Shown one piece after another: positions 11,362 to 21,968 of a DNA stretch of 64,000 nt. The notes under the pieces are model-generated. The model was not told where the DNA came from, did not search any database, and worked only from the letters and a program-made list of their open reading frames with translations. A program made the position numbers and the translations under genes. This DNA is from an uncultured Verrucomicrobiae bacterium (lineage in GTDB: Bacteria > Verrucomicrobiota > Verrucomicrobiia > Chthoniobacterales > Terrimicrobiaceae). The stretch's first letter is position 1. Every line of letters begins with the position of its first letter. The DNA lies in assembly GCA_963706955.1 (NCBI GenBank), contig CAVPOC010000010.1, forward strand, positions 224,001 to 288,000. Reading direction: 5' to 3'.

Positions 11362-11523
11362 AGTGTCTCAAGTCTATCCTTAACAGAGGGAATTGCCAGA
11401 GGCTCGATCGGCACCTGACCTCGATAACGACACCTTGATTACATTGAAGTCTGCCAGGCCACTGTCTTAGTGTCGCAAACGCTCGTAAGAAATTCCTCCG
11501 TGAACGACGAAACGAATTCTGCC

Positions 11524-14205
11524 ATGCACAGAGTCGATCTTCCCACTCAAGGCGAATTCCTCCGCATTGAAGAGGAGAAGCGCTACAAAGCGCAAAATGG
11601 TCTCTGGCGCAAATGGGGTCCCTACCTCAGCGAACGCCAATGGGGCACCGTGCGTGAGGACTATAGCCCAGACGGCAATGCCTGGGATTATCTTTCCCAC
11701 GAGCAGTCCCGCAGCCGCGCCTACCGTTGGGGCGAAGATGGAATTGCCGGATTCAGCGATCACCATCAACGGCTTTGTCTCTCGCTTGCGCTCTGGAACG
11801 GGCGTGATCCGATCCTCAAAGAACGTCTCTTTGGCCTCACCAACGCGGAGGGCAATCACGGCGAAGATTGCAAGGAGCTCTACTACTACCTGGACGCGAC
11901 GCCCACCCACGCCTACTTGAAAATGCTCTACAAATATCCACAGGCGGAATTTCCCTATGCGGATCTTGTGCAAACCAACCGCTCCAAGGGGAGGCTGGAG
12001 CGGGAATACGAGCTTATCGATACCGGGATCTTCGACGAGGACCGCTATTTTGACGTTTTCGTCGAGTATGCGCGGATCAACCCGACAGCGGTCAACGTCC
12101 TAGTTACCGTCTGGAACCGCGGACCAGAGGAGGCTACGCTTCACCTTTTGCCACAGCTGTGGTTTCGCAACACGTGGTCGTGGAAAATCGATGCGAAGAG
12201 GCCCCGCATCTCCGCAGGCGATCCGCAATCGGTCGACGTGATTCATCACGAGCTGGGTGCTTTTCAGTTCTTTGTCGAGAAAGCCGACGAATGGCTTTTT
12301 ACCGAAAATGAAACCAACGCGCGGCGACTTTTCGGGCAAGAGCTCGAAGGTTATTTCAAAGATGGATTTCACGAATATGTGGTGAATGGAAATGCCTCGG
12401 CAACGAATCCCGCACGCGCGGGAACCAAGGCCGCTGCCCTGCTCGTTCGCAGCGTTTCTCCCGGAGGCCGCCTTCAACTCCGCGCCTGCCTGCGGGAACC
12501 TTCCGAAGGCGACCCGTTCGAAACCTTCGATGAAATAGTCGAAACCAGGCGCGCGGAAGCGGACGCGTTCTACACAGAGCTCCAAACCGATCTTTCCGAT
12601 GACGACGCTCGCCTCGTGCAGCGACAGGCTCTCGCCGGCCTGATCTGGAGCAAGCAGTATTTCTACTACGACGTCCCCGAATGGTTGGACGGCGATCCTT
12701 CGCAGCCGCCGCCCCCTGTTGAACGCAGGCATGGCCGCAACTACGACTGGAAACACCTAAACAATGCGGACATCGTCTCGATGCCGGACAAATGGGAGTA
12801 TCCATGGTACGCCGCCTGGGATCTGGCGTTCCACGCGGTCGCCCTCGCCCTGGTCGACACCGAATTTGCCAAGTCCCAACTCCTGCTCATGACGCGGGAA
12901 TGGTATATGCACCCGAACGGCCAGTTGCCCGCCTACGAGTGGGCGTTCGGCGACGTCAATCCTCCGGTGCACGCTTGGGCAACTTGGCGCGTCTTCCAGA
13001 TGGATCGTGCGCGCCAGCCGCCAGGCGGCAAGACCAGCCTCGGGGACCTCGATTTCCTGGAGCGCGTCTTCCACAAGCTCATGTTGAACTTCACCTGGTG
13101 GGTCAATCGGAAGGACGCGCAGGGGCACAATATCTTCCAAGGCGGATTTCTCGGCCTGGACAACATCGGCGTATTTGACCGAAGCGCCTCGTTGCCGACC
13201 GGTGGGTTTATCAATCAAGCGGACGGCACCAGTTGGATGGCCATGTATTGCCTGAATCTTATGCGCATCGCCCTCGAACTTGCGCAGCACAACCCGGTCT
13301 ACGAAGACATCGCCACCAAGTTCTTCGAACATTTCCTGCACATCGCTGAGGCAATGAACAACATTGGCGATGTCGGGATCGGCCTCTGGGACGAGCAGGA
13401 CGAATTCTACTACGACGTTCTCAACCTCCCGGACGGACGCACGATTCCGCTGAAGGTGCGCTCGATGGTCGGGTTGATTCCCCTTTGCGCGGTTGAAGTT
13501 CTCGAACCGGAGAGCCTCGAACAGGCTCCGGAATTCGCTCGACGGCTGAAATGGTTCCTCAATTATCGTCCGGACCTTGCCCGGCTTGTCTCAAGATGGC
13601 AGGAGAGCGGTCAGGGAGAACGCCATTTGCTCTCGCTGCTTCGCGGTCACCGAATGAAATGTCTGCTCCGGCGTATGCTCGACGAGACCGAATTTCTCTC
13701 CGACTACGGGGTGCGCGCGCTTGCGAAGATCCACGAAACCAATCCGTACATATTCAGTTGTGGCGAGAGTGAGATGAGCGTCAGCTATCAGCCAGCGGAA
13801 TCCGATTCTGGACTCTTCGGTGGAAACTCAAATTGGCGCGGACCCATCTGGATGCCGGTAAACTACCTCTTGGTCGAATCGCTCGAGAAATTTCATAAGT
13901 ATTACGGAGACGACTTCACTGTCGAATGCCCGACCGGCTCGGGGATATACTTGACCATTCGCGAAGTCGCCAACGAGCTGGCCCGCCGCTTGGCTCGCAT
14001 TTTTCTAAAAGATGATTCAATGCGTCGTCCCGTTTTCAACGGGGAAGAGAAGATGCAAACTGATCCCCATTTCCGCGACCATGTGCTGTTCTACGAGTAT
14101 TTTCATGGGGAGAACGGTCGCGGAGTCGGCGCCTCACATCAGACCGGTTGGACCGGCCTGATCGCAAATCTCCTCAAGCCGAATCAAGGAGGGCTCCCGC
14201 TGTGA
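11524..14205 (+). CDS. GH63-like glucosidase (MGH1-like)
   Basis: WGPYLSERQWGTVREDYS, SRAYRWGEDG, MPDKWEYPWYAAWDLAFH, NWRGPIW, FYEYFHG, GASHQTGWT. Confidence 0.93.
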   Translation: MHRVDLPTQGEFLRIEEEKRYKAQNGLWRKWGPYLSERQWGTVREDYSPDGNAWDYLSHEQSRSRAYRWGEDGIAGFSDHHQRLCLSLALWNGRDPILKERLFGLTNAEGNHGEDCKELYYYLDATPTHAYLKMLYKYPQAEFPYADLVQTNRSKGRLEREYELIDTGIFDEDRYFDVFVEYARINPTAVNVLVTVWNRGPEEATLHLLPQLWFRNTWSWKIDAKRPRISAGDPQSVDVIHHELGAFQFFVEKADEWLFTENETNARRLFGQELEGYFKDGFHEYVVNGNASATNPARAGTKAAALLVRSVSPGGRLQLRACLREPSEGDPFETFDEIVETRRAEADAFYTELQTDLSDDDARLVQRQALAGLIWSKQYFYYDVPEWLDGDPSQPPPPVERRHGRNYDWKHLNNADIVSMPDKWEYPWYAAWDLAFHAVALALVDTEFAKSQLLLMTREWYMHPNGQLPAYEWAFGDVNPPVHAWATWRVFQMDRARQPPGGKTSLGDLDFLERVFHKLMLNFTWWVNRKDAQGHNIFQGGFLGLDNIGVFDRSASLPTGGFINQADGTSWMAMYCLNLMRIALELAQHNPVYEDIATKFFEHFLHIAEAMNNIGDVGIGLWDEQDEFYYDVLNLPDGRTIPLKVRSMVGLIPLCAVEVLEPESLEQAPEFARRLKWFLNYRPDLARLVSRWQESGQGERHLLSLLRGHRMKCLLRRMLDETEFLSDYGVRALAKIHETNPYIFSCGESEMSVSYQPAESDSGLFGGNSNWRGPIWMPVNYLLVESLEKFHKYYGDDFTVECPTGSGIYLTIREVANELARRLARIFLKDDSMRRPVFNGEEKMQTDPHFRDHVLFYEYFHGENGRGVGASHQTGWTGLIANLLKPNQGGLPL

Positions 14206-14302
14206 CGCAATCTTCAAAGACGTCACCGGCCTTTCCTCGGAAGGACAAAGAACCTTTTCGAAGTTATAGCAGCCCCTTCCCAAGAAGCGCCAGCGCCTTT
14301 GC

Positions 14303-14360
14303 TGTAGCGGCGGCGTCCCCGCCGCCGAGAAACCTCAACCGTGGGGACCCGGTCGCTACA
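14303..14360. repeat. GTAG-type REP doublet between convergent genes
   Basis: tgtagcggcggcgtccccgccgcc...gtcgctaca. Confidence 0.6.
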
Positions 14361-14398
14361 GGAGAGATGCCGCCGCAGCTTTAGCGCGTCCCACAACT

Positions 14399-16921
14399 TC
14401 AACCTTCCACCGATGGAAGAACGCACGTAAAAGTAGCGCCGGAACCTGGATTCTCTGATGCCGAAAGGCGGCCGCCGTGCGCCTCTACGATCGAGCGACT
14501 GATTCGCAGTCCCATTCCCATGCTTTTTGGCTTCGTGGAATAAAACGGGTCAAACATTTGATCTTTTTGAGCGGGATCAAATCCAGCGCCACTATCCTCC
14601 ACATCGATTCGGATTGCCCCTTTACCGTCGAGGGTATCCCGAGCTGTTCTCACCGTGAGAATGCGTTTGTCGCCGGTCTCTGCCGTCATCGCTTCGATTG
14701 CGTTGGTGATCACGTTGAAGAGCGCCTGCTGCAACTCGGTGCGGTCAGCGGAAACCTTCGGCAAATCCTCCGCGAATTCAGTTTGGACGGTGATTCTGTG
14801 TTGCCGCAGATCGCGGCTGGCCAGCGCCAAAACATCAAGCACCAGATCCCCGGGCTCCAAGACAGCAAGGTCTCGACTCGATTGTCCAGCACCTTCCCGC
14901 GCGCGCGCGAGGATTTCTTTCGCATGGGTAGCATCTTTGACGATGTTAAAGAGCGGTTCGCGAGACTCAAAAGGGAGCGCACGCGTCGCCTCTGCCAGGC
15001 GAAAGCAGAAATCCCCATTTTTTGCGATCGCCTCGAGTGACTCATCGATTTCCTGCGCGATGGAGGACGCATACTGTTCGATGGTCAGGCGTGCCACTCG
15101 CGCGAACTCCGCCTGGACGTTGCGAAAGACCTTCTCCGTAATCCTCTGTTCGGTGATATCGATTATCGCGCCGGAAAACTCCGCCAGCAGAGACGTCTCC
15201 AGGACTGGATGACCGATGCTTCGTAGATCCCTGGTCGATCCATTCGGGAGGACGATGCGAAACTCAACCTTGAAATCGCTCTTTTCACTCTTCGCCTTCT
15301 CGAGCGTTTGCTCGACGAGGACCCTGTCCTCTGGATGCACGAACTGCAGAAACAGCTGATAGGATGGTTTTACGTCGCCAGGATTAACGCCGAAGATCCG
15401 GAAGGTTTCCTGGGACCAGTAAACCTCGCCGCTCCCCACATTCCAGCCCCAGCTGCCGGTGTGGCTGAGCTTTTCAGCTTCGGCCAGATAGGCCTCGCTC
15501 AATCGTAATTCGTCTTCGGCCTTTTTCTGTTCGGTGACATCTCGAATCGCTCCGGCGAAACCTTGCAGATCTCCAGCATCGTCGTTCAGCGGAGTAAGGA
15601 TGAGGTTCGCCCAATAACGCTCCCCATCCTTTCGGACTCGGCTCACCTGGTCCTCAAATCGGCCCTCAGTCACCGCGCGCCGCAATGCCTCGCCGGATTT
15701 TTCAGCCTCGCGTTCTTGCGGCTCGAACAAGAGGGAGAAGTGTTTGCCGAGAATTTCCGGCGCGTCCCATCCCATGATGCGCTCTGCACCCTTATTCCAA
15801 CTAACGACTTTCCCCGCGGGATCGAGCATGAAGAGTCCGAGCTCGTTCAAGCCGCCGATCAGCTGGCGAAGGCGCAGATCGCGCTCGCTTTGAGCGGTCA
15901 GTGCTCGCTGACGCTCGATCGTCTCCGCCGCCTGCTCCGCATAGAGGCGAGCGTACCTCGTGTCGCGTTCATTGGGTTGACGCTGCTGTCGAAAATGCGT
16001 GGAAACAACACCGATAAATTCCTTATCTTGACTAACCAGCGGTGTCAGCTGGATGGCGCGAAAACCAGCGGAAGCGGCAACCGCCCAGTGCGGCTCGAAG
16101 GCCGCATCGGCGAGCGCATCTTCGACGATCACGCTCTCGCCACGACGAAGGGTTTCATTCCAGACCGGATTGGTGGAGAAAATATCCCTAAGTTTTTCCG
16201 GCACGTCGTGCTCGAATCCGTTTTGGGCTAGCACCTCCAATGTCCCTTTTTCGGCGTCGTAGAGTTGCAAACTACCCATGTCTGCCTTCTGAAGCCCGAT
16301 CATGCTCGTAACCACCTCGTGGCAGAGCAGCCGAAGTTCTCTGGGGACCAGCAATCGCAGCTTGAGCTCGTGGAGCCGGCTTGCCATCGCCTGTTCGTCT
16401 CCCAATGCGGTTCTCGCACTTTGCAATTCCCGCGCGCCTGTATCGATTTCACGCCGGAACCCCTCACGGTCGGTCGACCAGGCAGTGCGCTCACGCTCCC
16501 GGTCGGCCTTCTCGCTCTCCAACATTGAACTGGCCACGTTGAGTTCCTCAGAGGAGGGGAGGCTCAAGGCATCCGGAATCGCCTTCAGCAAGAGGACGGC
16601 GGTTGCGATCCCTGCCACACCGGCGATAGCTTTGACGATCCCGAAGAGCCGGAATGTTCCGTGCCAAACCGACCAAATCTCCATCAGATGCGTTACCGCG
16701 CACGCGAATACAAAAACGCCGAACAACGCGAAGGTTCCGCGCCAGGAGAGACCAGCCCTGTTCTTTACGAATGAAATCAGCGCCAGCAAGATTAAGAAGT
16801 AAGCCAGCGCGATCAGAGCGTCCGAGACGACATGAATCCAGAGGACTTCGGGCTGACCGACGAATGCCTGGCCGTGCGGCACAAAATCCGAGTCTAATAG
16901 CCTCTTAAAAAAATCGGTCAT
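14399..16921 (-). CDS. Sensor kinase-like protein: ETR1-like membrane domain, GAF, two PAS domains, degenerate H-box, HATPase
   Basis: SDALIALAYF...FACAVTHL; PAS WNKGAERIMGW and HPEDR; N box NVITNAIEA, G1 DSGAG, F/G2 FDPFYSTK..MGMGL; H-box reads SIAQEIDES. Confidence 0.9.
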   Translation of the reverse strand: MTDFFKRLLDSDFVPHGQAFVGQPEVLWIHVVSDALIALAYFLILLALISFVKNRAGLSWRGTFALFGVFVFACAVTHLMEIWSVWHGTFRLFGIVKAIAGVAGIATAVLLLKAIPDALSLPSSEELNVASSMLESEKADRERERTAWSTDREGFRREIDTGARELQSARTALGDEQAMASRLHELKLRLLVPRELRLLCHEVVTSMIGLQKADMGSLQLYDAEKGTLEVLAQNGFEHDVPEKLRDIFSTNPVWNETLRRGESVIVEDALADAAFEPHWAVAASAGFRAIQLTPLVSQDKEFIGVVSTHFRQQRQPNERDTRYARLYAEQAAETIERQRALTAQSERDLRLRQLIGGLNELGLFMLDPAGKVVSWNKGAERIMGWDAPEILGKHFSLLFEPQEREAEKSGEALRRAVTEGRFEDQVSRVRKDGERYWANLILTPLNDDAGDLQGFAGAIRDVTEQKKAEDELRLSEAYLAEAEKLSHTGSWGWNVGSGEVYWSQETFRIFGVNPGDVKPSYQLFLQFVHPEDRVLVEQTLEKAKSEKSDFKVEFRIVLPNGSTRDLRSIGHPVLETSLLAEFSGAIIDITEQRITEKVFRNVQAEFARVARLTIEQYASSIAQEIDESLEAIAKNGDFCFRLAEATRALPFESREPLFNIVKDATHAKEILARAREGAGQSSRDLAVLEPGDLVLDVLALASRDLRQHRITVQTEFAEDLPKVSADRTELQQALFNVITNAIEAMTAETGDKRILTVRTARDTLDGKGAIRIDVEDSGAGFDPAQKDQMFDPFYSTKPKSMGMGLRISRSIVEAHGGRLSASENPGSGATFTCVLPSVEG

Positions 16922-17261
16922 GGCAGCGCGTTCCCAAGAAGTTCCCTTCCTATCAAGCACCCTCGTTGAACGAGCGAAAACCAAAAAATCGCCTTATTTG
17001 CTCTCTGCTCGCGATCGTTCCGAATCTCCGGGTGCCGATTCGCTCTGATAAAGTTATGCGCCTCGCTGTGCGGCGCCGCCTCGTGGTCCGCATAACAGTA
17101 TCAGCGGAGCTCTTGGCACCGCCTTAGTCCGGCTGGAACTTCCGCGCTCTTGCTGAATTCACCGGCGCCAAGAGCGGCCCTGATCGCGTCATCAGGGAAG
17201 AGCATCTTCCGGTTTCGCCTTGCGACAAGCAGACGCCGGTGGCAAGATTTTAACCACTTCC

Positions 17262-18557
17262 ATGAATCTTTCCCCTCTTTCAGTTATTGCGGCGGCACTC
17301 GTGTTGCTGACTTCCTTCGGACACGCAAAGGAGATCGAACTCTGGTTTACTCCGATGTCGACAGAGGGGCCGCCGAAGGCGCCACTGCTGCAGTGGAACA
17401 AGGAGAATTTCCCGAAGCTGCTGCCAGGCATTACCGTGGGAGAAAACTATGGGCCTCCCATCTATCAGGACGCGCAGCAAAAATTAATCGTGCAGGGGCG
17501 AAGGGGGAAGCCGGACGTGATCGAAGGTGTGCTCGAGGGCATGATCGCCTACCAAAGAGCTGGGCTCCTCGAGCCGTTGGATGACTATTTTAGCAAATGG
17601 CCAGATCACACTCAGTTCATTCCAAGCACCATCAAGGCGCTCACCATTAACGGCAAACTTTACGGAGTCCCCTATAACACCAATGTCCGCGTCTTGCTGT
17701 ATCGCAAAGACCTTTTCGAAAAACATAACTTGGCTCCTCCGAAGACCTGGGAGGAGATGCTGCAAGCCGGTGCGACCATCTCCGCTAAAGAGCCGGGAGT
17801 GGCCGGTCTGGGATTGACAACCAAGAGCGGCAGTGTGCGCACTTTTCAAGAATTCATCTCCTGGTTTTTTCAGGTCAACGGCGGCGAGAATCCCTTCAAA
17901 TATGACGAGGCCAGCAAGAAATGGACGATGAACACGACACCGGAAAAACTGGCGCAGGTCTTAAAGCTCTACGAGGATATCTTTGCTAAAGACAATCCCT
18001 CTGCCGCCAATCAAAACACGCGGGGCAACGATTACCAGGCAACCGATACCGATTACGTTTCAGGGAAGAGCGCAATGGTTCCGATGGGCCCTTGGATCTA
18101 TTCTAATCGGACAACCGGCGAAGTAGCGAAAAAGATCTTGGAAGAGCAAACCGGAGTGGCCGCACTGCCGCTTCCTCCGGGGGGAACACAGGCCACCTAC
18201 CTTGAAGTGAAGCCCATTATGATCAATGCCAAGAGCAAGGAAAAGGAGGCCGGCTGGGAGGTGATCAAAGTCTTAGCGAGCAAAGATTTCGTCGCTTTGG
18301 AAAATAAGTTGGAAGGAGTCAATCCCCCGAGACAGGATGTGGCCGATCTTCCGGACTTCAAGAACGATTGGTGGCAACAAGCCTTCGTCGCTCAGTTACC
18401 CACCGGTGTCGCCTTGGCTCCAATCAATTGGGGACTGGTCGTCAATGACCTCACCGAAGCGCTCCAGAAGGTCATCTACAAGAAGAGTAGTCCGGAAGAG
18501 ACAGCTAAGGAACTTTACAACACGCTCGAGCAGCGGGCGAAGAATAACCAGCTTTAG
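17262..18557 (+). CDS. Sugar ABC transporter substrate-binding protein
   Basis: Signal peptide; PDV, GKLYGVP, LLYRKDLF, PPKTWEE. Confidence 0.92.
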   Translation: MNLSPLSVIAAALVLLTSFGHAKEIELWFTPMSTEGPPKAPLLQWNKENFPKLLPGITVGENYGPPIYQDAQQKLIVQGRRGKPDVIEGVLEGMIAYQRAGLLEPLDDYFSKWPDHTQFIPSTIKALTINGKLYGVPYNTNVRVLLYRKDLFEKHNLAPPKTWEEMLQAGATISAKEPGVAGLGLTTKSGSVRTFQEFISWFFQVNGGENPFKYDEASKKWTMNTTPEKLAQVLKLYEDIFAKDNPSAANQNTRGNDYQATDTDYVSGKSAMVPMGPWIYSNRTTGEVAKKILEEQTGVAALPLPPGGTQATYLEVKPIMINAKSKEKEAGWEVIKVLASKDFVALENKLEGVNPPRQDVADLPDFKNDWWQQAFVAQLPTGVALAPINWGLVVNDLTEALQKVIYKKSSPEETAKELYNTLEQRAKNNQL

Positions 18558-18593
18558 CTTCTCAGCGAGTCTCACAATTATCGCCAGCCCGTT

Positions 18594-19541
18594 GTGAGAG
18601 CTCAAGAACAGGACGTCGGCAGCCTCACTCAGGATCCCAAACGAAATTTTGGGACGAGGTGGAAAAGTTTCCGCCAGGCGTCGTTTGGATATATCCTGCT
18701 CGCTCCGGCGCTCATTATCATTCTCGGCCTGAACCTCTATCCGACGATCTCGGGCGTCCTCACCGCATTTACGAACCAATCTCTTCTCGATCCTTTCAAC
18801 TGGGCATTTGTCGGCTTTGCAAACTTCCAAAAGTTGTTTGGAGATCCAGTCTTTCGCATCTCTCTTGTTCATTCGCTAGTGCTGACCGGCTTAGCCGTCA
18901 GCCTACAAGTGGTCTTGGGCTTGATCCTTGCGCACTTGCTTATTGAGCAAGTGCCCGGCATCCAATTTTTCCGGAGTATCGGAATGATTGCGTGGGTGCT
19001 CCCGATTATCGCTTCGGTGGTCATGTTTCGGTTCATTACACTCCCGAACTATGGCTTTATTAACATTCTTCTGAACGATCTCGGCGTTGGGCATTTGGCG
19101 CGCAATTGGTTCGGCGATGAAAAGTACGCGTTCGTGCTGATTCTTATCATGCACCTTTGGCGGAATGTTCCCTTCTATGCGATTTCTTTCATGGCAGCGA
19201 TGCAGGCGATTCCCTCCGATCTCTACGAAGCCGCACGCATCGACGGGGCGTCCACCTGGCGACAATTCTATCACGTCACCCTGCCAAACTTGCGCTACAT
19301 CATTTTGGTGATGGTGGTCCTTCACGTCACTTTCACCTTCAACAACTTCGATTTCGTCTATCTATCGACGGGGGGTGGTCCGGTGAACTCCACCGAAGTT
19401 CTGCCTACCTTCATTTATAAACAGGCTTGGAACGGCTACGAGCTCGGATACGCCAGCGCTGGCGGCGTGGTCATGCTGATCGTCCTCGTCGTGTTGGCGC
19501 AGGGTTGCCGAAAATTTATCGGAGGATTCTCAGAGGAATGA
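18594..19541 (+). CDS. Sugar ABC transporter permease (MalF/UgpA-like)
   Basis: FVGFANF; EAA loop LYEAARIDGA..W.QF..VTLP. Confidence 0.93.
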   Translation: MRAQEQDVGSLTQDPKRNFGTRWKSFRQASFGYILLAPALIIILGLNLYPTISGVLTAFTNQSLLDPFNWAFVGFANFQKLFGDPVFRISLVHSLVLTGLAVSLQVVLGLILAHLLIEQVPGIQFFRSIGMIAWVLPIIASVVMFRFITLPNYGFINILLNDLGVGHLARNWFGDEKYAFVLILIMHLWRNVPFYAISFMAAMQAIPSDLYEAARIDGASTWRQFYHVTLPNLRYIILVMVVLHVTFTFNNFDFVYLSTGGGPVNSTEVLPTFIYKQAWNGYELGYASAGGVVMLIVLVVLAQGCRKFIGGFSEE

Positions 19542-20365
19542 AAAAGAGCAAACGGAGGCTGGTCATCGTCTACACTGGGCTGATCATCTTCTACGCGTTT
19601 CTCTTGCTGCCGATCGTCTGGCTCGTTCTTTCGAGTTTCCGCAATACGGATTCGATCCAAGCCGGCCGGCTCGTCCCGTATCCATCAGAACTAACGGTCA
19701 TGAATTACGTCGAGGCCTTCCGGATAGCCAATTTGACGACGTTTCTCATCAATTCATTCGTCATCGCCATCAGCGTGATGCTCGTCGTCGTCTTTATCGC
19801 GAGTCTGGGCGCCTATGCGCTGAGCCGATTTAAGCTCAGAGCAAAGAACCTGTTCATGATGTTGGCTCTCATGCCGCAATTTTTCCCCTACGTTCTGATC
19901 TTAATTCCATTTTACGTCTTGATGTCGAACATCGGGTTGGTCGATAGCCACCTCGGACTCATCCTTACGCACACTTCGATCACGCTTCCCTTCGCGCTCT
20001 GGATGCTGACCGGATATTTTAATGCGATTCCGCGTGATTTGGATCAAGCGGCCCTGATCGATGGTTGTTCGCGACTCGGGGTCTTATTCCGAATCATTTA
20101 CCCGATCGCCATTCCAGGCATGGTCGTGGCTGGCTTCTTCGCCTTTGTTGTCTCCTGGGGTGATTATCTCTTCGTCTCGATTCTCTCGCAGAGCCCCGAA
20201 ACGCAGACGCTCCCGATCGGTCTGCAAACCTTCATGAGCAGTCTGCAAGTAAGATGGGGCCTGATCACTGCCGGAACAGTCATTGCCATTGTGCCAACGA
20301 TTCTCTTTTTCGCAATCGTCCAGCGTCGCCTGGTTGCCGGCCTCACTGCTGGCGCAGTCAAATGA
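19538..20365 (+). CDS. Sugar ABC transporter permease (MalG/UgpE-like)
   Basis: ATGA overlap with the upstream gene; AYALSR, LDQAALIDG, TLPIGL, C-terminal GLTAGAVK. Confidence 0.93.
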   Translation: MKKSKRRLVIVYTGLIIFYAFLLLPIVWLVLSSFRNTDSIQAGRLVPYPSELTVMNYVEAFRIANLTTFLINSFVIAISVMLVVVFIASLGAYALSRFKLRAKNLFMMLALMPQFFPYVLILIPFYVLMSNIGLVDSHLGLILTHTSITLPFALWMLTGYFNAIPRDLDQAALIDGCSRLGVLFRIIYPIAIPGMVVAGFFAFVVSWGDYLFVSILSQSPETQTLPIGLQTFMSSLQVRWGLITAGTVIAIVPTILFFAIVQRRLVAGLTAGAVK

Positions 20366-20411
20366 GCATCAGCGCGGACTGGATCGGCTGAAGCAAACCA
20401 AATTACCCGCT

Positions 20412-21737
20412 ATGGCTAAAATCACGTTCATCGGGGCTGGCAGCCTTGTCTTCACTCATAATCTCTGCAACGACATTCTGCTGGCGCCGGCTCTGCAGGA
20501 TAGCACGATTATGCTCATGGATGTTGATCCGGAGCGGCTGGAACAATCCAAACAAATCGTTCAAGCCATCGTGGACAAACGGAAGCTGCCCGCACGAATT
20601 GAAGCTTCCACCGATCGCACGCAGGCAATCCGCAATGCGGACTACGTCGTTACCACCTTCCAACAAGGCGGTTTGGAAGCCTACCAGTCCGACATTGAAG
20701 TTCCGCGAAAGTATGGCGTGGAGCAATGTGTCGGTGACACCTTGGGACCTGGCGGCATTTTCCGCGCGCTCCGCACCATTCCTGTGCTCCTAGAGTTATG
20801 TGCGGAGATGGATAAGTTAGCTCCTGACGCCTTGCTGTTGAACTATGTCAATCCTATGGCGGCCAATTGTTGGGCCGTGGATGCCGGCACTGGCCGTCCG
20901 CATGTGGGGCTTTGTCATAGCGTTCAGGGAACGAGTGAAATGTTAGCTAAGTGGGTCGGAGTTCCCTACGAGGAGGTCAGATTTTTTTGCGCGGGAATTA
21001 ATCATCAGGCATTCTTTCTCGAATTTCTTCATTTTGATAAGGATCTTTATCCACGCATTCGCGAAGCAGTCGAAACCCCGGAGATCTACGGCGAAGAACC
21101 GGTGCGGATCGACCTGATGAAACATTTCGGCTACTTCGTCACCGAATCGAGCGGCCACGCGAGTGAGTATGGTCCTTATTTTCGGAAGAGTGCGAAAATG
21201 GTCGAAGAAGAATTAGTCCCTAAGTTTACCCACCAAGCCAATTACTGGTTGGAATTCGGACGGACCGGAGGATACCTGCACCACTGCCAGCGGCGGCTCG
21301 AGGAATTTCAGCGAGAACACGAAGCGATTCTGGCGGAGGATCCCACTCTCGAGCGGACTCATGAATATGGATCGTACATCATCGAAGCGATCGAGACGAA
21401 CATTCCGATTCGGATCAATGGAAACGTCCCGAATACCGGATTGATCGAAGATCTTCCCGAAGGTTGCTGCGTCGAAGTGCCGTGCCTGGTGGACAGCAAT
21501 GGCATCCAGCCGACCAAAGTGAGGGAGCTGCCTCCACAACTTGCCGCGCTTAACCGCACGAATATCAATGTCCAGCAGTTAATCGTGGAAGCAGCACTAA
21601 CAGGTAGCCGGGAGGCAATCCATCACGCCGCCATGCTCGATCCGCTAACGGCAGCCGTGTGCACATTGCCGCAAATCCGCAGCATGGTCGATGAGTTGCT
21701 CCAAGCCCAGCAACGCTGGCTGCCCAAAGCAAAATAA
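20412..21737 (+). CDS. melA: GH4 NAD+-dependent alpha-galactosidase/alpha-glucosidase (MelA-like)
   Basis: KITFIGAGS, GDTLGPGG, NYVNPMA, GLCHSVQ, AGINHQ, TESSGH, VEVPC. Confidence 0.85.
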   Translation: MAKITFIGAGSLVFTHNLCNDILLAPALQDSTIMLMDVDPERLEQSKQIVQAIVDKRKLPARIEASTDRTQAIRNADYVVTTFQQGGLEAYQSDIEVPRKYGVEQCVGDTLGPGGIFRALRTIPVLLELCAEMDKLAPDALLLNYVNPMAANCWAVDAGTGRPHVGLCHSVQGTSEMLAKWVGVPYEEVRFFCAGINHQAFFLEFLHFDKDLYPRIREAVETPEIYGEEPVRIDLMKHFGYFVTESSGHASEYGPYFRKSAKMVEEELVPKFTHQANYWLEFGRTGGYLHHCQRRLEEFQREHEAILAEDPTLERTHEYGSYIIEAIETNIPIRINGNVPNTGLIEDLPEGCCVEVPCLVDSNGIQPTKVRELPPQLAALNRTNINVQQLIVEAALTGSREAIHHAAMLDPLTAAVCTLPQIRSMVDELLQAQQRWLPKAK

Positions 21738-21850
21738 GCGGCACGCGATCGAGCCACAGACAAGTTTTCTGCGCATGAATTAAGGCGCCTCACGCATCGC
21801 GTCGCCCGTTCGGAAGGATCGTTCTCGTGGCAAGCCTGCGAAAGCATCTC

Positions 21851-21873
21851 GGCGGCGGGAGGCCGCCGCTACA
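21851..21873. repeat. Single GTAG-type REP
   Basis: ggcggcgggaggccgccgctaca hairpin ending CTACA. Confidence 0.5.
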
Positions 21874-21968
21874 AACGCGCCATGGTTGCCTCAGAAATGT
21901 TTGGAAGAGGCGCTATAACGATTGCTCGAGGAGACGATCTCTGAGAAAGGCTCAGAGAGGAAATTCGT

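Noticed and set aside
17262..21737. Sugar ABC operon lacking an ATPase gene
   Set aside because: Common; CUT1 transporters often share an ATPase encoded elsewhere.
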